DNA of 64,000 nt from a bacterium (GTDB taxonomy: Bacteria > Patescibacteriota > Dojkabacteria > JAKAPS01). The stretch lies in contig JAKAPS010000005.1 of assembly GCA_021806925.1 (NCBI GenBank), positions 80-64,079 on the forward strand, read 5' to 3'. The notes under the pieces were generated by a model that was not told the DNA's origin, ran no database searches, and was given only the letters and a program-made list of their open reading frames with translations. The position numbers and the translations under genes are program-made. Shown one piece after another: positions 17,798 through 28,657 of the stretch. Each line of letters opens with the position of its first letter. Position 1 is the stretch's first letter.

Positions 17798-20206
17798 ATG
17801 GTATTCAGTTTAAAGCATATTAGTAGGAAAATAAATAAGTCACTAAGTGAAACATATGAGCTTGCAAAGGGTTTAGATAGTTCACTTTCCGAAGTTACAT
17901 TTAGGTACTGGAATAGAACCACGAATACATACGCTTGTAGAGTCATTTCAGTTGAAAGACTGGAGGAGACAGATAAGCTATATAAAGTAATCATTTTACA
18001 TAATGGTAAAAATACTCAAATTATAACTGGTGCTAATAATGTTAAAAAAAATTCAATTATACCTGTTGCACTTGTTGGTGCTGTTTTAACTGGAAGCGAC
18101 AGCAAGAAATTAGAGATAGGTAAAAGGAATCTTGCTGGTTATGAATCAAACGGCATGCTTCTAAGTGAAAAAGAACTTGGGGTAGGGGACGACCATACTG
18201 GAATATATCAATTAAAAGGAATAGATGAAGGTACTAATCTGTCGGAGTTACTTAACGATATTCTAATGGAATTTGAAAATGTTGCGTTTTCAAACAGACC
18301 TGATTTATTCAGCTATGAAAGTATAGTTAGAGAGATTATTGCATCGAACTATCTAAAAGATATAGACCTAAAGCATGAAACTATATTTGATAATTACAAA
18401 GAAAATGATTCAATTCAGCCACCTGTAATTAAAATACTAGATGATTGTTCAGAAGTAAAGGCTTTCAGTGCAGTTAGTGTTGAGAATTTTGTTATCGAAG
18501 AATCGTATACTATTATAAAAGATCTGCTGTATAAATCAGATGTTACAAGTATAAATAACATAGTTGATTTAACTAACATAGCACTTCTTGAAACAGGATT
18601 TCCAATTCACGCATTCTCACTAGACTATACTGGTAATATGGTATCGATTGGAAAAGTTGCGGATGATAATATTAGTATTACTCTACTTGATGGGAAAACT
18701 AGGAAGATATCAAAACAAAATGATATTGTGATTCAAAATTCAAATACAAATGAACCACTTGACTATGCTGGAATAATGGGCGGATATAACTCAAGGATTA
18801 CATCTGAAACAAAAAGAATCCTACTGGTATCTAATCTTGTCAATGGTGCAGTTATTAGAAAAACAAGTAGAAATATTCAAGCTAGAACAGATGCAAGTAA
18901 TATATTTGAAAAATCACCCACATATGCAAATTCAAGGAAATCAATTAACTTCTTTTTAAACTCGCTTTGTACAATATTTGAAGATACCAAAGCTTCTAAA
19001 ATGAGTGAAGTTATTAATTCAAGTGAAATTGATGAAACATATAGAATTCCATTTAATTCAAAAGAAGAGCTGTTCCATATAATAGGGAAGGATATTAGTA
19101 GATATATAGATGTAGATAGAGTACTTTCACTTTTAGGAATTGAACCTATAAAAGATAAAGGTAATATATATTTAGTTCCTCCAAAAACTAGGAAAGATAT
19201 AAAATACATAAATGATGTTGCAGAAGAAGTACTTAGAATATATGGACTTGATAGATTATTAAATGAAAATATAATTGAATTTCCAAGAGGTAATAATTAC
19301 TCATTAAAAAAGAATATAAAAAGAGTACTAAGGGAATTCCTGTATGCTAATGGGTTTTTCGAAGTTGAAGGTTATGTTTTAGATAATTCTTCATTCTATG
19401 AAAAGTTTCATGTATCGGATACTATTAAGGTAATAAACCCGATTAGTGCTAACTATACTGTATTGAAAAGAGATTTAGTTACTGATATTTTTGAAACGGC
19501 AAAAAAGAATTATGGTTTCTTTAATGACTATTTTGTATTTGAAATAAATAAAACGTTCTACACCAGTGATAAAGATAAAGACAAATATATTGAAAACAAT
19601 ATACTTTCAGGAGCATATATATCAAAGAGAAGTAAAGGAGATATTGAAGAGTCAGAGAAAGAATCATATTTCAAACTTAAAGAAATCTTTGATAGACTAT
19701 TAAATAACTTCAAATACACAAATATTGCTAGTATATCTAATAAGAAAAGTAATGGGACTATTAAAGTAGGTGTGGAATATTTTAATGGTAATGATTTAAT
19801 AGCTAGTATATATATACCAAGTTCAGAATGTTTTAATTTCTTTGACTTCAAAGATAATATTTCATATTTTGAAATATATATAGATAAACTTTCAATTGAT
19901 GACGGCATGACCTCATTAACTGATAAACTAAGATCTAGGTTCCCTGAAATAAGGAGGAATATAAGTTTCTTTATTGATAGAGAACACTTATTTAATGATA
20001 TTAAGAATGCTATAAATTCATTGCATATTAAATATCTTCAGAATATCAAGGTTGTTGAAAATATTACAATAGAGAATAAAAATTCTATACTACTTGAAAT
20101 TACATTCCAATCCATTGAAAAAACTCTTCAAGAAAAAGATGTTGACAAGGAAATAAAGAAAATAGAGGACCAACTAATAAAAAGGTTCGGTGTTGTAATA
20201 CGGTAG
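17798..20206 (+). CDS. pheT: Phenylalanine--tRNA ligase beta subunit
   Basis: tRNA-binding OB fold (SNGMLLSEKELG), NRPDL, NNIVDLTN, AEEVLRIYG, C-terminal FDX-ACB. Confidence 0.94.
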   Translation: MVFSLKHISRKINKSLSETYELAKGLDSSLSEVTFRYWNRTTNTYACRVISVERLEETDKLYKVIILHNGKNTQIITGANNVKKNSIIPVALVGAVLTGSDSKKLEIGKRNLAGYESNGMLLSEKELGVGDDHTGIYQLKGIDEGTNLSELLNDILMEFENVAFSNRPDLFSYESIVREIIASNYLKDIDLKHETIFDNYKENDSIQPPVIKILDDCSEVKAFSAVSVENFVIEESYTIIKDLLYKSDVTSINNIVDLTNIALLETGFPIHAFSLDYTGNMVSIGKVADDNISITLLDGKTRKISKQNDIVIQNSNTNEPLDYAGIMGGYNSRITSETKRILLVSNLVNGAVIRKTSRNIQARTDASNIFEKSPTYANSRKSINFFLNSLCTIFEDTKASKMSEVINSSEIDETYRIPFNSKEELFHIIGKDISRYIDVDRVLSLLGIEPIKDKGNIYLVPPKTRKDIKYINDVAEEVLRIYGLDRLLNENIIEFPRGNNYSLKKNIKRVLREFLYANGFFEVEGYVLDNSSFYEKFHVSDTIKVINPISANYTVLKRDLVTDIFETAKKNYGFFNDYFVFEINKTFYTSDKDKDKYIENNILSGAYISKRSKGDIEESEKESYFKLKEIFDRLLNNFKYTNIASISNKKSNGTIKVGVEYFNGNDLIASIYIPSSECFNFFDFKDNISYFEIYIDKLSIDDGMTSLTDKLRSRFPEIRRNISFFIDREHLFNDIKNAINSLHIKYLQNIKVVENITIENKNSILLEITFQSIEKTLQEKDVDKEIKKIEDQLIKRFGVVIR

Positions 20207-20247
20207 TCGTTTACATCTAATCATAGCGTTCTACTTATACAAGAAAC

Positions 20248-23200
20248 TTATGAATTAACAATCAAGTTATTTGTGTATATTTGCCCACTATTAGTATTAA
20301 CTATACACACGATCTTATATGAATACCCTGAATTTACACTACCAATGTTGTAATTAGCTGAGTAGTTTAATCCACTTCCATTAGCAATAATAGGACTTGA
20401 ATTAACAAGCTGCCCATTAGTATAAATATTAAATTCAACTGATTTTATATCACTCGCATTAATTATATTAGATTGATCTGATGTACCATTTGTAAAAGTC
20501 ATTGTTAAAGGTTGATTGCTGGAAATAGTACTTGGATTCACCGTAATTTGAACATTAGGAGTAGTTATACTATTACCAGTTGGTGTAGGTGTTGAACTAA
20601 CCAATGGTATTACTAAGTTTACACTGCTCGCACTTGTTGCTCCTGTCGAATCTGTTGCATTTACTGTTAATTGATATGTACCTGGTGTAATATTTTGTGG
20701 CACTATAAAGCTTCCAGTATACGTACTACCATTTAAAGAAAGATTGCCGTATGATACTGAGTTGAAACTCATCGAAACTGTTGATATTGTAGCATTCTGA
20801 TTTGTTGTGGCAATATCAGCATTTACTGTTACACTATTTCCAGCAGATATATTGGTATTATCTGTTGGCGATATTATACCTATATTCACACCAGATATAC
20901 TGTTACAGTATTGCGTTGGTACAACATCAGCATTTTTCAAATATGAATCAAGAGCAGGTTGAAAATATGGATCAAGCGTTTTATATTCAGTAATATTTGC
21001 TGTCTGAAAGTCACCAGAAGCTACCATTTGTGGGGTTGCTAGTTTTGTTGTATCTTGTGGACATACATCTACACTTACATGTGAAGCGTCTACTTTTGGT
21101 AATTGAGTCTGGTTAAATATTGCAGTTGTTGTAGGACAATTAGTTCCTTGGGTGTACAATAATCCAGTATCTGAACATATTGTTTTTGTAACGATATCTG
21201 ATGGACGTGCAAATTGATCTTTTGGAAAGCTTGGTAATATCTCCTGCATATAATCTGCCCAATATGGAATTATAAACTCACCTGATGTAGGGTAGTATCT
21301 GTTAACACCTGCATTCATTGGAGTTCCTTCATACTGATTACCAAACCAAAATCCAGATACTACATCTGGAGTATATCCGATAAATGTTAATGAAGATGGC
21401 TCTCCTAAATTCTTTGTATTGTTTGTACCTGTCTTACCTGCTATAGCGTAACCGCTATTAAATAATTTAGGATTGAAATATGGACCAAACTTCATCATAT
21501 AGTAATAATGCTCAAGCATTGTATCTACCATATATGGATAAGAAGGATCAATAACTCTTTGTGATGTTGTTGATGGATCATATGAGTATATGACTTTTCC
21601 TGAATAGTCTTCAATCTTACTAACAGAGTATGGTTGATAAAGAATACCTTCATTCGCAAGCATTGCGTATGCTTCTACGTGTTCAAGAAACACTACATTT
21701 TCTCCTCCAACTGCATAACTTAAATCAGTGCTTGATGTAGGTGTTGTAATGTTTGTATAACCATATGATTTTAATGCTGGTATGAAGTTCTTTAATCCAA
21801 GACTATAAAGAGTTTCAACAGCTGGAACATTTTCACTATGCGTTAAATCTTGATCTATATTGCTAGCTCCTAAAAAGCTACCATCAAAATTTACAACAGA
21901 ATATGGTGGAGTATATGGCACTCCAAGGTATGAATTTATTGTTATTGGGATATCAGGCATAAATGAGGAAGGTGCAAGCCCTAACTCCTTAAATGCGGTC
22001 ATGTAAAGTAAAGGCTTTATTGATGAACCTGGTTGAACACCTTCTGAAGAAGTAAGCATATTAACCTGAGTTCCACCAGTAGGGGAGGATACCATTGCAA
22101 GAATGCCTCCAGTTTTAGGATCTACGCTTATCATTCCAGCATTATCACCGTTGAATTGAAGTGGGAATCCCCACTTCTCAGGGAAGTTACCAGTCTTACA
22201 AATATCTGCTGGTTGTGTTGTTACGTTTGAACCATTATAGAATCTAAAGGTAGTGTTAGTGCCGTAATTCAAATTACAGTACATTTGATTGACTTCATTT
22301 GTTGCAATTTGTTGCATTCCACTATCAAGGGTTGTATATATCTTTAGTCCTCCATATTTTGTTAAATAATCACTACCTAATATATTACTTACTTCATTTT
22401 CAACATATGATATGAAACCTGGAGCTATTTGATCATTACTTGGGTATGAAAAATTGAAATTCTGAATTTCTTTCTTAGCTTGATCTACTTGTGATTGGGT
22501 TACTCCAGTTAGATTAGAGTGTTTAAGCATCTGATCTAACACATAATATGCTCTATCAGTCGATGCAAGATTGCCGTCAGATAATTTAGGATCTAACCCA
22601 TAAATAGGGGAGTAATATGAAGGAGCTTGAGGTAATCCAGCTAAGAATGCACTCTGTGCTAAATCCAGATTTTTTGGAGTTGTATTGAAATATACCTTAG
22701 CTGCGACATCAATTCCAGATATTGTACCTCCAAATGGAATTATATTTAAATATGATTCAAGTATTTGTGATTTTGAATACGTTCTTTCTACTTCAATTGA
22801 AAGAATTAATTCCTTTATCTTTCTTGTTATTGTTTGTTTATCAGTCAATGCAACATTTTTAACTAATTGCTGTGTTATTGTACTACCACCTTGCAGTTGG
22901 CTTGAATTTCTTAAGAATAAATCATGAATACCAGCTCTTAGTATTCCCATTACATCAAATCCAGGTTCATTATAGAAATTGATATCTTCAGCAGAGAGCA
23001 TCGCCCATTTCATGTTGTTTGAAATATCGGAGATGTTTACATATTGTCTATCGATATTATCTGGAGATATTGTATCTATAACCTTTCCATTCCTATCATA
23101 TATGTTTGTATTCTGAAGAGTATTTGAAAAAAATGTCCCTGGCTTTGGTAATTCCTTAGCATATTGATAAACCAATACACCAAAAGCTATAGCTAATATC

Positions 23201-23418
23201 AGTACAATTGCACCAAAGAATACTAATGTGTACTTTATAACCTTAAGTAACTTTTTTTTCTTCTGTTTCCTATCTGTTGAACTCAGATTAGTTCTTTTAA
23301 TAACTTTAGATCTTGAAGCTTTAAAATTCTTCATGTTATTTTTAAATCTATCAAAGAATTTAATACCCTTTTTAGCATCCTGTTCAAGTATCTTTTGTAA
23401 CTTCTTATATGTAATCAT
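20248..23418 (-). CDS. Class A penicillin-binding protein (transglycosylase-transpeptidase) with C-terminal Ig-like domains
   Basis: SAED..FY, GGSTITQQLVKN, RKIKE, QPGSSIKP (SxxK), SEN, KTGT. Confidence 0.94.
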   Translation of the reverse strand: MITYKKLQKILEQDAKKGIKFFDRFKNNMKNFKASRSKVIKRTNLSSTDRKQKKKKLLKVIKYTLVFFGAIVLILAIAFGVLVYQYAKELPKPGTFFSNTLQNTNIYDRNGKVIDTISPDNIDRQYVNISDISNNMKWAMLSAEDINFYNEPGFDVMGILRAGIHDLFLRNSSQLQGGSTITQQLVKNVALTDKQTITRKIKELILSIEVERTYSKSQILESYLNIIPFGGTISGIDVAAKVYFNTTPKNLDLAQSAFLAGLPQAPSYYSPIYGLDPKLSDGNLASTDRAYYVLDQMLKHSNLTGVTQSQVDQAKKEIQNFNFSYPSNDQIAPGFISYVENEVSNILGSDYLTKYGGLKIYTTLDSGMQQIATNEVNQMYCNLNYGTNTTFRFYNGSNVTTQPADICKTGNFPEKWGFPLQFNGDNAGMISVDPKTGGILAMVSSPTGGTQVNMLTSSEGVQPGSSIKPLLYMTAFKELGLAPSSFMPDIPITINSYLGVPYTPPYSVVNFDGSFLGASNIDQDLTHSENVPAVETLYSLGLKNFIPALKSYGYTNITTPTSSTDLSYAVGGENVVFLEHVEAYAMLANEGILYQPYSVSKIEDYSGKVIYSYDPSTTSQRVIDPSYPYMVDTMLEHYYYMMKFGPYFNPKLFNSGYAIAGKTGTNNTKNLGEPSSLTFIGYTPDVVSGFWFGNQYEGTPMNAGVNRYYPTSGEFIIPYWADYMQEILPSFPKDQFARPSDIVTKTICSDTGLLYTQGTNCPTTTAIFNQTQLPKVDASHVSVDVCPQDTTKLATPQMVASGDFQTANITEYKTLDPYFQPALDSYLKNADVVPTQYCNSISGVNIGIISPTDNTNISAGNSVTVNADIATTNQNATISTVSMSFNSVSYGNLSLNGSTYTGSFIVPQNITPGTYQLTVNATDSTGATSASSVNLVIPLVSSTPTPTGNSITTPNVQITVNPSTISSNQPLTMTFTNGTSDQSNIINASDIKSVEFNIYTNGQLVNSSPIIANGSGLNYSANYNIGSVNSGYSYKIVCIVNTNSGQIYTNNLIVNS

Positions 23419-23946
23419 AAAAATATATACAGATAAATTACCTGAGATAAGTTTAACATTTTTTATATTCTATTGGTATGTTTGACAATATATATATCTT
23501 ATTTGATTTATTCTCCAGAAGCATAATTGAGATTATTTCTATAATATTACTTTTCTAAAAAATATTTTCACGAAACACCCCTAGTATTTGCTACTTATTC
23601 AAGTTGCAAAATATATTGATTATGTTCCTATAATATACCAAGGGCTATGAGATGATAAACATCACTATAAGTTTAGAAATGATGGATTAATTGGTTTTGG
23701 AAAAGGAGTACCGAATATATTTAAATCGAAAGATGAACAATTAGAAGTACCTACAGTCATAGAAAAATTCGTAGCTGAATGTAAAAAAATGGAGGATTGG
23801 ATAAAAGGGCAAATAAATAATTAATTGTTATTTATAAATAGTATACTTTGAATATATATTGTTCTATCTTCCTAAATATATTACTCTATATAATACAACT
23901 TGCAATTTAATAATCTATTCAATTAGAATTCATTTGAGTTTTGAAT

Positions 23947-25947
23947 ATGTTAAATTTAGAAGACAGTGTAACAAAAGTAAAGTATGTAGGAGAAGAGTAT
24001 GGAAAGAGATTTAGCAAATTAGGAATATTTACAGTATATGACTTGTTGACAATTAAACCAACCAGATACATTGATCACTCAAAACCTGTCTTATTAGAAG
24101 ATATTAAAGACTCTGATTACTATACATTCATAGGAACAGTAAAAAATATAAAACAAAGTGGAAATAGATATAAGCCAATGTATATTGTAACTGTTGCTGA
24201 TAGGAATAACTCCATTGCAATATTGAAGTTCTATAATCAAAAATATACATTTTCAACATTAAGAATAAATCATGAATATGTATTTTATGGTAAAAGTGAT
24301 GTTGATACAGGTGTTAATACATACTTTAACAGTCCTGAATTTGAAGAAAATACAGGGAGTTTAAAATACTTAATTGGATTAAGACCAATATATCCATTAA
24401 CTGAGGGTATAAGTCAAAAATGGTTACGCTCAAGGATTCTTTACTGTATGGGTGAAACAAAATTTACAGATGATGGATTAACAATACTTAAGACAAGGTT
24501 AATATCTTTTAGTGATGCTGTGAAATATCTTCATACACCGAGAACTTTGAATGATGTAACACTTGCAATTGAAAAATTTAAATTCGATGAAATATTAAAT
24601 ATATTACTTGCTAGGAAAGCTATATTAGAAGAAATGAATAAAAGGAAAGCTGTTACTGTTACTAAGAACATTCAGAATATTAAATTAGATTTCACGCTTT
24701 CAGAATCACAAAGTAGAAGTATAAATGAAATATACGAAGATTTGAAAAAAAATATACCCATGAATAGAATTCTAATAGGTGATGTTGGTTCTGGTAAAAG
24801 CATTGTAGCATTCCTTTCAGTTATTGCTATGTATTTATCAGGTTATTCATCAATAATATTTGCTCCTACCAGTATTCTAGCTGAACAACACTACAACTCA
24901 ATAATAAGGCTATTTAGTGACAACGGTTTAGATGAAAATAATATATTGTTATTAACAAGTAAAACTAGAATTAATAAAAAGGAAATTGATTTCACAACAC
25001 CAAAGGTATATATAGGGACACATGCATTACTATTTAACATGGGAAGTGATATTGAAAGAAAAGTAGGATTAATTGTTATCGACGAACAGCAAAGACTTGG
25101 TGTAGAGCAAAGGTATGATATATGTGAGAATGAATACAAATATTCTGGAATATACCCCCATACCCTGATTATGACAGCAACACCAATTCCAAGGAGCTTA
25201 TCATTAACAATTCTAAATGACCTTTCATCATCATATTTAGAAAAATTACCAGATCGTCAGCCTATATTAACCAGAATAGTTAATGATGAGAAAATTAATG
25301 ATATGTATGAATTCATAAGAAAGAAGATAACGAAGAGTAATGAACAAGCATATTTCATATACCCTGTTATAGATATTGAAAATAAATTAGAGTTAAAATC
25401 TGTTTTAAATGAGTATGAATCATTGAAAGAAATATATAAGGAATTTAATGTAGGGTTACTACATGGGAAACTTAAAGAAAAGGAAAAATTAGAAATATTT
25501 AATAAATTTAAAAACAATGAAATACAAATTCTTGTCAGCACAAGCGTTGTTGAGGTTGGCGTAGATAGTAAATATGCAACAATAATTGTAATAGAAAATG
25601 CTGATAGATTCGGTCTTGCAAGTCTACATCAGCTTAGAGGAAGAGTTGGGAGAAATAACAGAAACAGCTATTGTTTCTTACCTATATCAAAAATAGGGTT
25701 ATATAATAAATCTAAACAATTCAATAGACTTCATATGTTTACTAAGGAAAATGATGGATATAAATTAGCAGAATACGACATGAAAACAAGAGGAATAGGG
25801 GAGATAATCGGTCAGAAACAATCTGGCGATATAAATTTAAAGTATGCAGATCTTACTGAACAACATTTGATTAATATGGCAAATGAAATTTACCTTGAGA
25901 AATTTAACACAAACAAACATAAATATGGTAAGATTGTTTTGAATTAG
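23947..25947 (+). CDS. recG: ATP-dependent DNA helicase RecG
   Basis: GDVGSGKS, IDEQQRLG, MTATPIPRSL, HQLRGRVGR, GQKQSG. Confidence 0.96.
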   Translation: MLNLEDSVTKVKYVGEEYGKRFSKLGIFTVYDLLTIKPTRYIDHSKPVLLEDIKDSDYYTFIGTVKNIKQSGNRYKPMYIVTVADRNNSIAILKFYNQKYTFSTLRINHEYVFYGKSDVDTGVNTYFNSPEFEENTGSLKYLIGLRPIYPLTEGISQKWLRSRILYCMGETKFTDDGLTILKTRLISFSDAVKYLHTPRTLNDVTLAIEKFKFDEILNILLARKAILEEMNKRKAVTVTKNIQNIKLDFTLSESQSRSINEIYEDLKKNIPMNRILIGDVGSGKSIVAFLSVIAMYLSGYSSIIFAPTSILAEQHYNSIIRLFSDNGLDENNILLLTSKTRINKKEIDFTTPKVYIGTHALLFNMGSDIERKVGLIVIDEQQRLGVEQRYDICENEYKYSGIYPHTLIMTATPIPRSLSLTILNDLSSSYLEKLPDRQPILTRIVNDEKINDMYEFIRKKITKSNEQAYFIYPVIDIENKLELKSVLNEYESLKEIYKEFNVGLLHGKLKEKEKLEIFNKFKNNEIQILVSTSVVEVGVDSKYATIIVIENADRFGLASLHQLRGRVGRNNRNSYCFLPISKIGLYNKSKQFNRLHMFTKENDGYKLAEYDMKTRGIGEIIGQKQSGDINLKYADLTEQHLINMANEIYLEKFNTNKHKYGKIVLN

Positions 25948-25972
25948 CAGAGTTAAAAAGTAGACTAATACT

Positions 25973-26530
25973 ATGAACATAATAGCTGGGAAATACAAAA
26001 ATAAGAAACTTGTTTCATTCAGTGAAAATACTGTACCACTTTCCAGTAGAGCAAGAAATGGCATTTTTAATATATTACATTCATTTTTATCAGATGAAAA
26101 TAAAAGAGATAATCTTGATGTTCTAGATTTATTTGCAGGAAGCGGTGCAGTCGGACTCGAAGCAATAAGCAGAGGGATAGCAAAAAGTGTTACATTTGTT
26201 GATAATGATTATGACTCAATAAGATCAATAAATACAAACATCGCGGCACTTGGAGTTGAAGATATCACAAAGGTATATTTTAAAAATGCAATCAATTTCA
26301 TAGAAAAGAATGAAGATACTTTATATGATATGATATTCATAATGCCTCCATACGGATACCACTTTAAACACATATTAAAGATCTCATTGAAGCAACTTAA
26401 AGATAATGGCATTTTAATTCTTGAAAGCGACGGAAATAATCCTATAAGTGAAGATATATTAGAAGGAACAGGCTTAATTGGCAAGTACACATTCAGCAGA
26501 GTTGATATAAGCATATTCAAAAAAATTTGA
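25973..26530 (+). CDS. rsmD: 16S rRNA m2G966 methyltransferase RsmD family
   Basis: MNIIAGKYK, LDLFAGSGAVGLEAISRG, (D/M)PPY. Confidence 0.9.
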   Translation: MNIIAGKYKNKKLVSFSENTVPLSSRARNGIFNILHSFLSDENKRDNLDVLDLFAGSGAVGLEAISRGIAKSVTFVDNDYDSIRSINTNIAALGVEDITKVYFKNAINFIEKNEDTLYDMIFIMPPYGYHFKHILKISLKQLKDNGILILESDGNNPISEDILEGTGLIGKYTFSRVDISIFKKI

Positions 26531-26895
26531 AGCATTATTGCTACAAATATAGAATGACGATTTCAAATGTAAGTAAAGTAACACATGTATCGACGCATAA
26601 GATATAGAAAATCGTTGATAGATATGTAAAAGCAGGAAGAAGAATAAATACATATGAAGAAGTTAAGAAAATTGGAGTAGAGATGAGACTTCGTCAGTAA
26701 GGGGACAGATTTATGTAATGCGCTACTTGTTGAAAGGTAATATTGAAATTTCTTTAAATAATTCTTATTACCAATACTAATTTACATTGAACAACATTAT
26801 ACAAATTACTTTTCATTGCGAGTGGAATTACATGATTAGACCTTAAATTATTTCTAATCTGTAAATGTTATTTCTGTAAGAGTCCTAAATAGCAG

Positions 26896-26993
26896 TTGAC
26901 TTGTATATACGGGTTTGATACAATCAAACCAGACTAGGTTTAGACCTGTACGTAGACTAATTTCTAGACTCAAAATAGACTAATTAATAGATT
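26896..26993 (+). promoter_or_regulatory. Promoter with overlapping palindrome and six phased AGAC direct repeats upstream of the Fic gene
   Basis: TTGACT-N17-TACAAT; GGTTTGAT-aca-ATCAAACC; AGA(C/T) at 26931, 26942, 26954, 26966, 26977, 26989. Confidence 0.75.
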
Positions 26994-26998
26994 CAAAC

Positions 26999-28210
26999 AT
27001 GAATGATATAATAATAATGCAACCATTCAATCAACTATTTCTTAACCAATTTGTTTTAGCAGAAAGTCTTTTGCCTTTTACTAATGAAGAGCTTAGAAAG
27101 TTAGATACAGCCTTAAATAAGTATGAAATATTGTTCTTGAATCCAGATATTGAGAAAAACCTCATTAGTAAAAATGAACTCCTAGCATCTTTTGCTATCT
27201 CTAAGGCAGAGAACTCGAAGCTTACATTACAAGAAGCACAAGACGTGTACAGTTTTATCGTCAATAATGAAGACTACACATTTATTAGCGAGAAACTTAC
27301 CAAAGTGGGGAAATTAACAAACAAAGATTATGATAAATTAGAGTTTTTTAATATTGCTAAGGTATTTAGGAATATCAACCAAAACCCAATACATATACAG
27401 GATGTAACACCAGAATATATACTGGAGTTACATAAACAACTAACCCAAGGTCTTGATATCTTTAAGGATTACTTATTAGATTTTGACGTATATAAATCTG
27501 GACAGTGGCGTGATAACGATGATATTCGGGTTAATACATACAAACCAGCTCCATATAGTGAAATTGAGAAAGGCGTTGAAGAATTACTTAAGTGGGTAAA
27601 GGACAATATTAATATTACCTCTGTTGGCATATTTCATACCGCTTTGTATGCTCTCCACCCATTTTGTAATGGAAATAAACGAGTATCACGAATACTTGAA
27701 CATATATTTCTTAGAAGTTTAGGAATTAATAATAAGAATTTATATAGTACATCCTATTACTACCATAAGGAGAAAGGGAGATATATTAAATATCTCCTTT
27801 ATTCACTAGAGAAGAGAAATTTAAATCATTTTGTGGGATTTTTCCAAGAAGCATTGGTATTATCAATAATTGGTGTTATTAAAACCAGTTTAGAGGTAAA
27901 ACGATATGAATTTATTAATAACAAAGATCTAGATGAAAATACGAGAATCATTCTCAAGCCATTGATAAAACGGCATGAAATACAGTTTAACAAATTGTAT
28001 AAAGAAGTGGATCGTAAAATGGCACGACAAACATTCACCAATTATTTAGAGAAAGCTACAACAGAGAAAATAGTTACAAGAAGGAATGAAGGGCGTAATG
28101 TGTATTACAGCCTCAATACATCATTCCAAGAAGAGAAAGAGATCCATACATTACTAGAGTTCATAAAACAAAAACTCTCTTTTATTCCTGACGAAATGAA
28201 ATTAGTATAA
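26999..28210 (+). CDS. Fic/DOC family protein with C-terminal winged HTH
   Basis: HPFCNGNKRVSR Fic motif variant; SKAEN resembling the inhibitory SxxxE(G/N) motif; C-terminal ...RQTFTNYL...EGRNVYYSL. Confidence 0.88.
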   Translation: MNDIIIMQPFNQLFLNQFVLAESLLPFTNEELRKLDTALNKYEILFLNPDIEKNLISKNELLASFAISKAENSKLTLQEAQDVYSFIVNNEDYTFISEKLTKVGKLTNKDYDKLEFFNIAKVFRNINQNPIHIQDVTPEYILELHKQLTQGLDIFKDYLLDFDVYKSGQWRDNDDIRVNTYKPAPYSEIEKGVEELLKWVKDNINITSVGIFHTALYALHPFCNGNKRVSRILEHIFLRSLGINNKNLYSTSYYYHKEKGRYIKYLLYSLEKRNLNHFVGFFQEALVLSIIGVIKTSLEVKRYEFINNKDLDENTRIILKPLIKRHEIQFNKLYKEVDRKMARQTFTNYLEKATTEKIVTRRNEGRNVYYSLNTSFQEEKEIHTLLEFIKQKLSFIPDEMKLV

Positions 28211-28213
28211 GCA

Positions 28214-28301
28214 ATAAAGATTTGGATCATAGCGGACACTCATTCTACAATAAAAATATTAAGAAGTTTCAGGAAATACCAGATGATTTTAAAGAACAGA
28301 C
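28214..28301 (+). pseudogene. 5' fragment of a metallophosphoesterase gene, cut off at the MITE-like repeat
   Basis: Reads IKIWIIADTH/(frameshift)YNKNIKKFQEIPDDFKEQ; DxH motif. Confidence 0.5.
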
Positions 28302-28468
28302 TATAACGGATATTTAGCATGATATTGTTTGAAATTACGTTCTTAATATTGATGTTAAGCTTTTTATTAACAGAATGTATTTTTTTTAATGATTACAAAT
28401 TATGTTTTATTCTTATCTTGTTGAATTAATAATTTTTCTCTGTAAGAAAACATCCCATCATTTTATAA
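28302..28468 (-). repeat. Diverged partial copy of the MITE-like element at 55406-55711
   Basis: Aligns by eye to the reverse complement of ~55545-55710 (shared TATAACGGAT, TTAATATTGATGTTAAGCTTTTT, TTTTCTCTGTAAGAAAACATC). Confidence 0.8.
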
Positions 28469-28657
28469 TGGTATCGAAAAACTAGACAAAAGAAAACATA
28501 ATCTACTAAGCAATTTGGCAATTACGTTCAAGGAATGGTATATCAATCCAGCACTTTTTTAGTACTACAATTTTTATTCATTCTAACTATATTTACTTCT
28601 GATATATCACGTAAAAAGCATTGACTCTAAACTAAGACAAGTAGTACAATGCTATCC

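Noticed and set aside
23650-23824. Open stretch of about 58 codons between the PBP gene and recG
   Set aside because: No usable start codon or recognisable motif; probably a gene remnant
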